DNA from: Candidatus Thorarchaeota archaeon
GTDB taxonomy: Archaea; Asgardarchaeota; Thorarchaeia; Thorarchaeales; Thorarchaeaceae
Direction: 5' to 3'
Assembly: GCA_016839445.1 (NCBI GenBank)
Contig: JAEOUG010000036.1
Location: 1-23,030 of the forward strand
Length of the DNA: 23,030 nt
Position numbers and translations under genes: made by a program. Each line of letters opens with the position of its first letter. The stretch's first letter is position 1. Positions 8,565 to 16,556 of the stretch are shown in pieces. Below the pieces are notes generated by a model. The model did not search any database and had not been told where the DNA came from. It saw only the letters and a list, made by a program, of their open reading frames with translations.

Positions 8565-9187
8565 CGCTGGCTAGTCGAGTTCAACTTCCTCCTGTGTTCC
8601 GCCTCAAGGATTACGTAGAACTCGTGGACTAAGGCCAAGTCAAGTCCTTTAATCTCGTGCTCGCTGCTCCTGAAGAAATGATCAAGAATCAAAGGGTCCA
8701 CTCCGGATTCTTCCAGGGCAATCGCATGTAGGAGCATGTCAAGAATGTCACATCCTCTCACAAGTCGAGCCTCAATTGACTGGCGCTTCTGAAGCTCAGA
8801 CCAAAGGGTCGCTATTCCCTCTGCAGCTTCGCCCCCTATCTCCCTGATTCTCAGCATGGCGGAGTCCTCCGCAGCTATGCGACCTTTCTGCATGTCTTCT
8901 CCTCCGAGTAGCACTGCCGTCTTAGGTATATCCGATGTGAGAGACTCGGTCAGGTCGTGGATTGCCGCGATTGCTGTAGCCTTTGCTAGGTCTAGGTCCA
9001 CACCTTGACTCAGGATATGAGAACCTAGAATCGAGCAGAGAAAGACTGTGCCGAAGGAGTGCTCTGCCACTGACTCCTGTCTCTGGGCTACTACTCCGGA
9101 AATGCTCCAGCCGGTCCTCGGCACCTGCTTCAGTATCTCTGCAAGCCTCGCGAGTTCCAGGAGGTGCTCTGCTTTCAAGGTGATCAC
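8561..9187 (-). CDS. HD-domain 5'-deoxynucleotidase (YfbR/HDDC2-like)
   Basis: LKQVPRTGW, ESVAEHSF, IHDLTE..TSDIP, CDILDM. Confidence 0.88.
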   Translation of the reverse strand: MITLKAEHLLELARLAEILKQVPRTGWSISGVVAQRQESVAEHSFGTVFLCSILGSHILSQGVDLDLAKATAIAAIHDLTESLTSDIPKTAVLLGGEDMQKGRIAAEDSAMLRIREIGGEAAEGIATLWSELQKRQSIEARLVRGCDILDMLLHAIALEESGVDPLILDHFFRSSEHEIKGLDLALVHEFYVILEAEHRRKLNSTSQR

Positions 9188-9251
9188 TCCCTAAGGACAA
9201 TGAAAAGAAAGAGGATAGGGGGCTCCAGAAGCCCCCGATACGACCATGGCT

Positions 9252-10367
9252 CTATGAGCCATCATTGACCACAATGGTGCCATTCTGAATGGCAGTCCGA
9301 TACATGGCCAGAGTGTCACGCAAGCCCTGGCTAACCCATCTGGTGCTGAACTGGAATTCAGTGATCTCCACGTTGCCCTCAGTGAGATTGTAGTCGTACA
9401 CCACTCCACCTTCAAACTCATCCCAGAGTGTAGAGTTGATGATTCTGTACACCGCCAAGTCGGTTCTCGGAACGACGCTTGTGACAACCCATGAGGCGTC
9501 ACCGGACCTGATGTTCATATCCGGCAGACCGATGTAGTCTTGGTCTCCCTCAGCGGCAATGACGAATGGCTGACGGTTCTGGTAGTCAAACCAGGATGTG
9601 TTTCCGAACCATGTCCGGTTTGCACACAGCATGGCGTTCCTGATTCCCATCATGCTCGCCCTCACCGGGGCAAAGATGACAGAAGCGTTGCCCATCTCAG
9701 GATTGAACATGTCAACCGCCGTACTATTGGCAGTCTCTGAGTCGTTGTAGGAGCCAACGTACTGTGTGGGTAGCAGCGACACGCCTAGGTCGTACGTGGT
9801 ATTCGCTGTCCCAAGCCCCTGCGTGAAGCCTGCAATCAAGTCTGCAACTGTGGGATCATCGTTCCTAGAGGCTAGGATACCGATGACTCGGCTTCCGTTC
9901 TGTGAAATGAATCCTGCCAGTACACCTGCAAGGAATGCGGCTTGATGCTGGGCAAATGTGGCAGAAACGACATTGGTGAGTGTTCCCGATACTGAGCCTC
10001 CAATCAGCGCAAACTTCTGGTTCGGATGGTTGGCCGCAACAATCTGGACCCTGTCCTGCAGATCCTGACCAAGGACGACTATCAGGTCGAATTTCCGCGC
10101 TGCTGCCAGGCGGTTGATCTCGTACTGTGCATCATCCGCGTCAGCGGCCACTCGATATGTGTAGTTGCATGTGATGTCTCCCGAGAGCTCTTCAAGGCCT
10201 TCAAGGACTTGATCCGCCATACTCAAGTCACCGAAGCCGGGCTCAACCACAACAACGGCTACCTGGGGAGGCACATATTGGTTTGTGAGGAATACGTATC
10301 CTCCAACGGCGGAGAATACTAGTGCTACAATCACTATGGATACTATGACGTTTGACCTAGAACTCAA
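9252..10367 (-). CDS. BMP-family substrate-binding protein (nucleoside/purine type), N-terminally membrane-anchored
   Basis: GFGDLSMAD, DLIVVLG, HPNQKFALI, AAFLAGVLAG, GDQDY, TSVVPRTDLAVY; N-terminal TM helix. Confidence 0.88.
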   Translation of the reverse strand: MSSRSNVIVSIVIVALVFSAVGGYVFLTNQYVPPQVAVVVVEPGFGDLSMADQVLEGLEELSGDITCNYTYRVAADADDAQYEINRLAAARKFDLIVVLGQDLQDRVQIVAANHPNQKFALIGGSVSGTLTNVVSATFAQHQAAFLAGVLAGFISQNGSRVIGILASRNDDPTVADLIAGFTQGLGTANTTYDLGVSLLPTQYVGSYNDSETANSTAVDMFNPEMGNASVIFAPVRASMMGIRNAMLCANRTWFGNTSWFDYQNRQPFVIAAEGDQDYIGLPDMNIRSGDASWVVTSVVPRTDLAVYRIINSTLWDEFEGGVVYDYNLTEGNVEITEFQFSTRWVSQGLRDTLAMYRTAIQNGTIVVNDGS

Positions 10368-10519
10368 AATCGTGGTCCTCCATGGTCGCTAGCCTCGTTG
10401 CTCAGGCGCGTCGATTTAAATGTGTTGCTCTGAGACTCAGTCTACTCTCCAGTCTTAGGGCATTAGTTATATGCGTGTTAGACTAGCTTGGCTTTCACCT
10501 ATTGGAGTGTTTGTCCCTC

Positions 10520-11236
10520 ATGGCGGATGCGACTCTCAGCGAAGTAGCAACTCTCCTAGAGGAAACCCTCAAGGTCCACAGGTCAGTCAAGAAGGCAGTG
10601 CTCTCCACGAAGGAAGGCGTAGTTGTCGCAGCAGTCTCAAGAGAGGGCGATGTGGACTCACGAGTTCTAGCTACAGTCTCGGCCGCGCTCATCTGGGGGA
10701 GCGTTTCCACACTTGGTCACCTGAATGAGCAGGGGCCCACCTACCTTGTTCACTCCACAGGTATTGAGAGAGTTCTCGTCGTCGTTCAGCCACACTATCA
10801 GCTGGTCGTCGTTCTGTCACGAGCTGACGATGCAGGCCTCGATCTTGAGCATCTAGTTCCTACTTTTCAGTCTCTGGCTACAAGAATGGAGCTGGTAATG
10901 AGATCCACTTCGACGTTTGGAAAGCAGACCATTCTCGGAACTATTGTGGAATCCATCCCCGAAGTGACTCAGGCGATACTCCTCACAGCCGAGGGCCTAC
11001 CTCTCGGCTCAGTGGGGTTCAAAGATGAGATTGAGGTCGCAGGCCTAATTGGGTCGCTCTTCGCAAACGGCCTCACATACTCCAGAGTCACTGAAACAAT
11101 AACAGTTGACTCGGAGAACATGAAGTTGGTCATCACCCGAGTGGACGAGAACCGTCTCCTTGCAGTCGCTTGTAGAGGTCCACGACCGGGCGAGATTGCC
11201 CAGAAGGTCCGTCTCATCTTGGATGGAGCCGCCTAG
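10520..11236 (+). CDS. Tandem (double) roadblock/LC7 domain protein
   Basis: Two repeats: VKKAVLSTKEGVVVAA...LATVSAAL...QLVVVL and VTQAILLTAEGLPLGS...VAGLIGSL...RLLAVAC. Start is ATG 10520 or TTG 10502/10511. Confidence 0.8.
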   Translation: MADATLSEVATLLEETLKVHRSVKKAVLSTKEGVVVAAVSREGDVDSRVLATVSAALIWGSVSTLGHLNEQGPTYLVHSTGIERVLVVVQPHYQLVVVLSRADDAGLDLEHLVPTFQSLATRMELVMRSTSTFGKQTILGTIVESIPEVTQAILLTAEGLPLGSVGFKDEIEVAGLIGSLFANGLTYSRVTETITVDSENMKLVITRVDENRLLAVACRGPRPGEIAQKVRLILDGAA

Positions 11237-11949
11237 GCTCCCTTCGCCCTGAGGTCCGCCTCTTCCATGGGGTCGAACGGGGATTCGTCTCCTTCTTCGT
11301 TGATGAACTGGAACTCCCAATCTGTCAGATTGATGGTTATGAAGCAGTCCTTCCCACGTTCCGGGCAATCGATTCTGATTGTAACATGATCCGCAGTGGA
11401 CTCGCGAATCTCCGGGTTCAGACAGCCGTCTTCAAGCTTCTCCATCAGAAACATCACATAAGCCTCTGAGATGACATTGAGGCTTCCTGCCATCAGGCTC
11501 GCCCCTAGCTTGTCCAGGTAGTGCTTCTTCTTTCTTCCTTCACGCACTACCTTGATGAGTCCGACCTCTTCCATTCTGGATATGTGCCATCTTACAGTGT
11601 CGTGGTGAACCCCCAGCGACTCTGCCATCTGCTCCTGGTAGCAGCCTTCGTTGTTTACTACAAAAGCGAAGACCTTCTGTGCGGTCTCGCTCTTCATTGT
11701 GACGTACGCCATTTCCGCCTCTTGCGACCTCAGCATTCTCGGATAGTAGAGTCTCTTTCCTGCATACTTGATTGACTTCACTAGCCCTTCGCGTTCTAGT
11801 ATCCTGAGGTGCCAAGTTAGAGTTCCCAGCGGAGAAGAGAGAATGTCTACGAGTTCAAGAAGATACGTGCCTGGATTCTCACAGAGCACTTGGTACAGCT
11901 CTCGTCTAAACGGGTGTAGGAGCAGTGCCATTCTCTTCTGTCTTCCCAT
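11233..11949 (-). CDS. Double winged-helix transcriptional regulator (COG3398-like) with Cys-containing C-terminal domain
   Basis: Two wHTH units: RRELYQVLCENPG...GTLTWHLRILEREGLV and QEQMAESLGVHHDTVRWHISRMEEVGLI. Confidence 0.85.
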   Translation of the reverse strand: MGRQKRMALLLHPFRRELYQVLCENPGTYLLELVDILSSPLGTLTWHLRILEREGLVKSIKYAGKRLYYPRMLRSQEAEMAYVTMKSETAQKVFAFVVNNEGCYQEQMAESLGVHHDTVRWHISRMEEVGLIKVVREGRKKKHYLDKLGASLMAGSLNVISEAYVMFLMEKLEDGCLNPEIRESTADHVTIRIDCPERGKDCFITINLTDWEFQFINEEGDESPFDPMEEADLRAKGA

Positions 11950-12121
11950 ACGTAGGGCCTCTCAGCGCTCTCTCTTCAGTGTGGAATCCAAACCCGCGAT
12001 AAAAGCTCTTCGCCTCAGAGCCACACCCTCTCCTAGTACAATCCATCTACAGTGCGCAAGTCTTATTTTGTCGTCGCCTTGTCAGACACGACCCCTATAG
12101 AATAGCCAAAGAGGCAGCAAC

Positions 12122-13954
12122 TTGTGCGGTATCACTGGCATCGTCACACTCGATAGCGACAACATTGGAGAGCTTCTGGTCAAGTGCAGCAGGAAGCTGA
12201 CTTACCGTGGCTACGATTCAGTCGGAGTTGCTGCAGTCCGCGAAGGAAAGGTGGATCTGCGAAAAGACGTGGGTACTGTCGATGAGGTGGATCGCCTTCT
12301 TGGGCTCTCAAAGATGCGCGGTGATAGAGGCATCGCTCAGCTCCGTTGGGCAACATACGGGGCTCCCACCAAAGTGAACGCACAACCTCATTTCGGATGT
12401 GATGAGGTCTTCTATGGCGCACATAATGGCAACATTCACAACTATGTGGAATACAAACAGGAATTGATTGACGCAGGCCACAAGGTGCGCTCTGAGAATG
12501 ATGGTGAGCTCTGCGTACATGCTGTCGACAAGTACTATGAACAGACAGGGGACATGCTTGAAGCGGTTCGTCTATCCACTCAAGACTTGAAGGGTGCCTT
12601 CGCGTATACTGTTGGGAGAGCCGACCAAGCCGAGATCTATGCCGTGAAGATGGGTTCGTCTCTGGTGGCTGGCGTTGCTGATGGCGCGACGATCGTTTCC
12701 AGTGACCTTCCCTCGGTCTTGCCGCTCACAAGCAATGTCATCTACCTCGCAGATGGTGAGATGCTTGTTCTAACTCACGACAAAGTGAGAGTCTACCGCG
12801 TCGAAGACGGGAAAAAGCTTGAGCGGCCTCCTCAGAGATCGACGGTTGATGTACACGCTGCTGAGAAGGGTGGCTACCCTCATTTCATGTTGAAGGAGAT
12901 TAACGAACAGCCTCAGATAGCCAAGGACGTCATGGGTGTGCTTGCAGGAGCAGACAATGAGGAGTGGCTCAAGATGATCGAGGACTCCTCCAGGCTCTAT
13001 CTTGTTGCCTGTGGCTCATCGCACAATGCAGGGATTCTGGGTACTTACTACTTCAACCGACTGGCTGGGATGCCAGTGTATCATGCTATTGGTGGGCAGT
13101 TCGAGCCAATGTATGGCAACACTCTGGATGACGAGAGCCTCTGTATCCTTGTATCTCAGAGCGGAGAAACCAAGGACATCCTCAATGTTCTCAATCACGT
13201 ACGGGACGCCAATCTGGGGAAGACACTAGGCGTAGTGAACGTAATCGGGAGCACTCTCATGTTCCAGGCGGATTCCTATATTCCCATGGCCTGCGGATAT
13301 GAAGTGAGCGTTCCTGCGACAAAGACATACTTCTCTCAGACTGTAATCTTCTCCTATTTGGCCGCAAAGCTGGGCGAGAGAAACGGGCACCTCGACCGGT
13401 CTGAGGCCAAGACCTTCATCAGGAGTCTCAAAGATGACCTGCCGAAGTTGGCACAGGCAACCATTGACAGAACGGGGATACTCACCAAGAACCTAGCCCG
13501 AACACTTGTCAATGTGAAGGACTTGTACTGCCTTGGTTATGGCTTCACGGATGGAGTTGCCAGAGAGGGTGCCCTGAAAATCAAGGAGATTTGCTACAAC
13601 CATTGCGAGGGAATGTATTCCTCCGAGTTCAAGCATGGGCCGCTATCCATTGTCACGAGAGACTACCCGGTCATCTTCGTCACGACCACAGAAGACTCGT
13701 GGATGGTTACGAATCACATCAATGAAGTGCGTGCCCGAGGAGGTAGAACGATTATTGTGGGTGAACGTGAAGACAGACTGGAGCCCTATGTGGATGCCGA
13801 GGGTGACTATCTCTCTGTGCCGGTCTCCAACGTGCTCCTCAACCCGCTTCTAGATGTCATTCCTCTGCAGATGCTAAGCTACTTTTTCTCTGTTGACCTA
13901 GGTGTCAATCCGGACCTTCCTAGGAATCTATCAAAGACGCTGACTGTAGACTGA
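12122..13954 (+). CDS. glmS: Glutamine--fructose-6-phosphate transaminase (isomerizing)
   Basis: N-terminal Cys (MCGITG), YRGYDS, RWAT, HNG, SQSGET, EGALKIKE, KHGP, PRNLSKTLTVD; 610 aa. Confidence 0.96.
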   Translation: MCGITGIVTLDSDNIGELLVKCSRKLTYRGYDSVGVAAVREGKVDLRKDVGTVDEVDRLLGLSKMRGDRGIAQLRWATYGAPTKVNAQPHFGCDEVFYGAHNGNIHNYVEYKQELIDAGHKVRSENDGELCVHAVDKYYEQTGDMLEAVRLSTQDLKGAFAYTVGRADQAEIYAVKMGSSLVAGVADGATIVSSDLPSVLPLTSNVIYLADGEMLVLTHDKVRVYRVEDGKKLERPPQRSTVDVHAAEKGGYPHFMLKEINEQPQIAKDVMGVLAGADNEEWLKMIEDSSRLYLVACGSSHNAGILGTYYFNRLAGMPVYHAIGGQFEPMYGNTLDDESLCILVSQSGETKDILNVLNHVRDANLGKTLGVVNVIGSTLMFQADSYIPMACGYEVSVPATKTYFSQTVIFSYLAAKLGERNGHLDRSEAKTFIRSLKDDLPKLAQATIDRTGILTKNLARTLVNVKDLYCLGYGFTDGVAREGALKIKEICYNHCEGMYSSEFKHGPLSIVTRDYPVIFVTTTEDSWMVTNHINEVRARGGRTIIVGEREDRLEPYVDAEGDYLSVPVSNVLLNPLLDVIPLQMLSYFFSVDLGVNPDLPRNLSKTLTVD

Positions 13955-13971
13955 GGTTAGTCGGCAGGATA

Positions 13972-14361
13972 CTACTCCTTTTCTCCGCCTGACTCTCCAA
14001 TCCTTATCGCCCGCATGGCGGGATCTGTGACTGACTGGGCATCATACCCATCCCTGATGTTCACCAGATCTTCATCTTCAACCTTCATTACCGCGAGAAG
14101 CCTGTGGTCGTCATCAAGGACCCACTGTCCGTATACATTCAAGCCCTTCTCGGTTGTGCACTCAAGAAGGCCAGTGGTCGAGGATGAAGACCACCAGTTC
14201 AAGCAGCGCACAGGTTGGTCGATTTCACCAAGCATCTCCATCCACAACTTCTGTAGGCGTGTAGGGCCGTGCCTGTTTCTGAAAGTTATGAGGAAATTGC
14301 CCTCCATACCTTCTAGTGCTTCCTTGATCTTGGTGGTCTCAGTCTCAGAGAAGAGCTTCAT
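13972..14361 (-). CDS. Hypothetical protein (129 aa)
   Basis: Fills the gap between glmS and the RimK-like gene with protein-like composition. TATA-like CTTTTATG about 25 nt upstream suggests a near-leaderless transcript. Confidence 0.7.
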   Translation of the reverse strand: MKLFSETETTKIKEALEGMEGNFLITFRNRHGPTRLQKLWMEMLGEIDQPVRCLNWWSSSSTTGLLECTTEKGLNVYGQWVLDDDHRLLAVMKVEDEDLVNIRDGYDAQSVTDPAMRAIRIGESGGEKE

Positions 14362-14433
14362 AACTGACCGCCCTCAATAGAACATAAAAGCCGCTCGATA
14401 TGGTTTTCAGCTGTAATCGGAAATGTGGCTTCA

Positions 14434-15333
14434 ATGAACGAGAAAAGGATAGCCAGAGTCGGTCTGCTCTCTTCGGACCCATGGTCTCAGCGAGTACAAT
14501 CACTGGACAAATCCCTCACAAGAAGGAGTGTAGATGTACTCCATGTACTGCCTTGGAAGGTGACTCGTAGGGGCTCAACGGGTACGCATCAAATCTCATA
14601 CGAATCAGAGGATCTCTCCAAACTCGACCTCCTCCTAGTTCTGGACTTGGGTGCGAATGACATTGGCTCGTTCTTCAATCGAGTCGGCCTTCTGTCCGCG
14701 CTGACAGAAATGGGGGTGACCGTTGTCAATTCGGTCAACTCGATTCTCTCTATGAGGAACAAGGCTGAGACGCTTCGGAAACTCATCTCTGCAGGATTAC
14801 CCGTACCGGAGACCGTGATAACAGAGTCAATCGATATTGCCGCGGAATTCGTGAAGAATCGCTTTCCCTGTGTGCTGAAGCCTATTACGGGCTTCGGGGG
14901 GCTTGGCGTTCAACTGATAGAACGTGAATTCGATCTGGCGAATATCAATGACTACCTGAAATTCCACAGCCAGATGTTCGGGAAGGGTGCGTTCATTCTT
15001 CAAGAGTACGTCAGGAGTCCCGGCTATGACATCCGTGTACTGGTGATGGATGGAGAAGTCATATCCTCCATGAGGAGAGTTGCCACTGAAGGAATCACCA
15101 CGAATATTCACAGTGGCGGTATTCCTGAGCCGAATCAGGAGGATGTTAGTGACCTTGCGTTGAGAAGCGCTCGATCGGTACGCGGAAGGCTTGTTGGAGT
15201 GGACATCATTCCTGATCTGAGCGGGGATTACTGGGTGATTGAGGTGAACGCCACACCGGGGTGGGCCGGCCTCCAGCAAGTGACAGACTTCGACATTTCT
15301 GATAGAATCGCCGAGAGGCTGCTGTCTAGCTGA
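14434..15333 (+). CDS. RimK/LysX-family ATP-grasp alpha-L-glutamate ligase
   Basis: RNKAETLRKL..AGLPVPET, VLKPITGFGGLGV, ILQEYV, DIRVLV, TNIHSGG, GVDII, IEVNATPG. Substrate (protein, F420 or pterin) cannot be determined from sequence. Confidence 0.9.
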   Translation: MNEKRIARVGLLSSDPWSQRVQSLDKSLTRRSVDVLHVLPWKVTRRGSTGTHQISYESEDLSKLDLLLVLDLGANDIGSFFNRVGLLSALTEMGVTVVNSVNSILSMRNKAETLRKLISAGLPVPETVITESIDIAAEFVKNRFPCVLKPITGFGGLGVQLIEREFDLANINDYLKFHSQMFGKGAFILQEYVRSPGYDIRVLVMDGEVISSMRRVATEGITTNIHSGGIPEPNQEDVSDLALRSARSVRGRLVGVDIIPDLSGDYWVIEVNATPGWAGLQQVTDFDISDRIAERLLSS

Positions 15334-15353
15334 ACAGATTCTTCGCTTATTCA

Positions 15354-15366
15354 GAAACCTTTTAAG
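15354..15366 (+). promoter_or_regulatory. Archaeal BRE-TATA promoter for the coiled-coil gene
   Basis: GAAACCTTTTAAG, about 100 nt upstream of TTG 15469. Confidence 0.65.
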
Positions 15367-15394
15367 CGGGGAAAAGGCGAGAGGGCACGCCCAA

Positions 15395-15466
15395 ACACGG
15401 CCTTGAGTCGTGTGGAATCCGCCCTGCCTAGCAGGGCTTGTAAGACGAAATTCTGAGGTCTACAGG
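15395..15466 (+). promoter_or_regulatory. Putative structured 5' leader (three hairpins)
   Basis: ACACGGC-CTTGA-GTCGTGT (15395-15413); GCCCTGC-CTA-GCAGGGC (15421-15437); TTGTAAGAC...GTCTACAG (15438-15465). Confidence 0.45.
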
Positions 15467-15468
15467 CA

Positions 15469-16500
15469 TTGACAGAAGCTGCTGAAGCCAAGCCAGAAGA
15501 TGTTGAGTACTTGAGAGCCAAGCTTCGAGAACTCAAGACACAAGCAAGAGATGAACTCGAGGTCCTGCGCAGGGACCGCGATAAGATGAGGGAATACAAG
15601 ACCATCCGTGACGAACACAACAAAGAGGTCAAGGGTCTTATCGAGAGCGTCAAGGCCGAACGCGAGGAGCGCGATCGGATCAATGGCGAGATAACCGAGG
15701 CGAAAGACAAGCGCACAGCAATTCACGCGCAGCTGAAGAGCATCTACGATGAAATCCGTGAACTCAGAAGCAACCTTGTTGGAAGTCCCTCAACCGACCA
15801 GCGTCGGATGATGCGCAGAGTGGAAGAACTCGAGTGGCGACAGCAGACCGAACAGCTCTCCCTTGACGAGGAAAGGTCGATCGTAGAGGAAATCGCACGG
15901 ATTGAAGCAAAGCTTGTTGAGATTGGCGAAGAGAAAGAGAAGCAAGACAAAATCAGCGAGCTTCGCAGGCTTGCTCGCCGACTTAAGGAAGAAGCTGGCG
16001 AGGCACATGAGAAGGTGCTGGAACTCTCCGAGCAGTCGCAGACCCACCATCAGGAAGTCGTCAGGATTCGGCCGCAGCTAGAGGAGTACAAGAAATCTGC
16101 GGATACAGCTCACAAGAACTTCGTGGAATGGCTGAAGAAAGTCAAAGACGGAGAAGGCAAACTCAAAGAGATGAGAGGGCAAATCGAAGAAATCCAGGGC
16201 AAGCTTCGGAAGCATGTCACTGAGAAGCGCGACGTCGAGCGCCAAGAGCTTCGGGATCATCAGCGAGCTCAAGAGAGAGAGAAAGTGGAGACTGCCGTAG
16301 AGAAGATGCAGTCCGGCAAGCGTCTCACGTTCGACGAGTTCATTCTCGCTCAACGCACGATATCAGATGACAAGAAGAAGGGGAAGAGGGGCTCGCGAGA
16401 CGAGGCTGCCGACACGACTGAGGAATCCTCCGAAGACAAGACAGATGAATCCGCCGAAGGGCCTGACCCCGTCGATGACGGAGAAGTGACCGAAGACTAG
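15469..16500 (+). CDS. Archaeal long coiled-coil protein (COG1340-like) with acidic C-terminal tail
   Basis: E/K/R-rich heptads, VEELEWRQQT.QLSLDEER, AHKNFVE, and C-terminal GKRLTFDEF as recalled for this family. Confidence 0.8.
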   Translation: MTEAAEAKPEDVEYLRAKLRELKTQARDELEVLRRDRDKMREYKTIRDEHNKEVKGLIESVKAEREERDRINGEITEAKDKRTAIHAQLKSIYDEIRELRSNLVGSPSTDQRRMMRRVEELEWRQQTEQLSLDEERSIVEEIARIEAKLVEIGEEKEKQDKISELRRLARRLKEEAGEAHEKVLELSEQSQTHHQEVVRIRPQLEEYKKSADTAHKNFVEWLKKVKDGEGKLKEMRGQIEEIQGKLRKHVTEKRDVERQELRDHQRAQEREKVETAVEKMQSGKRLTFDEFILAQRTISDDKKKGKRGSRDEAADTTEESSEDKTDESAEGPDPVDDGEVTED

Positions 16501-16556
16501 TCGGTGAGAATCTCGGAGTCCGTTCCTAGCTCTATGATACATGGAGGGGTTGATTC

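Noticed and set aside
7447-11236. Convergent 3' overlaps (7447-7452, 8561-8564, 11233-11236) as antisense regulation
   Set aside because: Overlaps of 4-6 nt at stop codons are common in compact archaeal genomes.
11979-15420. Identical 11-mer GTGTGGAATCC in two intergenic regions (11979-11989 and 15410-15420), with core GTGGAATC also at 5324
   Set aside because: Non-palindromic, inconsistent in position and orientation relative to promoters, also present in coding sequence near 10945; one such match is plausible by chance.
15385-15468. tRNA or C/D-box sRNA interpretation of the three-hairpin region
   Set aside because: No TTCRA T-loop, no 7-nt anticodon loop and no acceptor stem. A CTGA is present but there is no convincing box C.
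15469-16500. SMC, ESCRT-III or intermediate-filament call for the coiled-coil protein
   Set aside because: No Walker motifs or hinge, and no family-specific signatures beyond generic heptads; it fits the archaeal COG1340-like pattern better.
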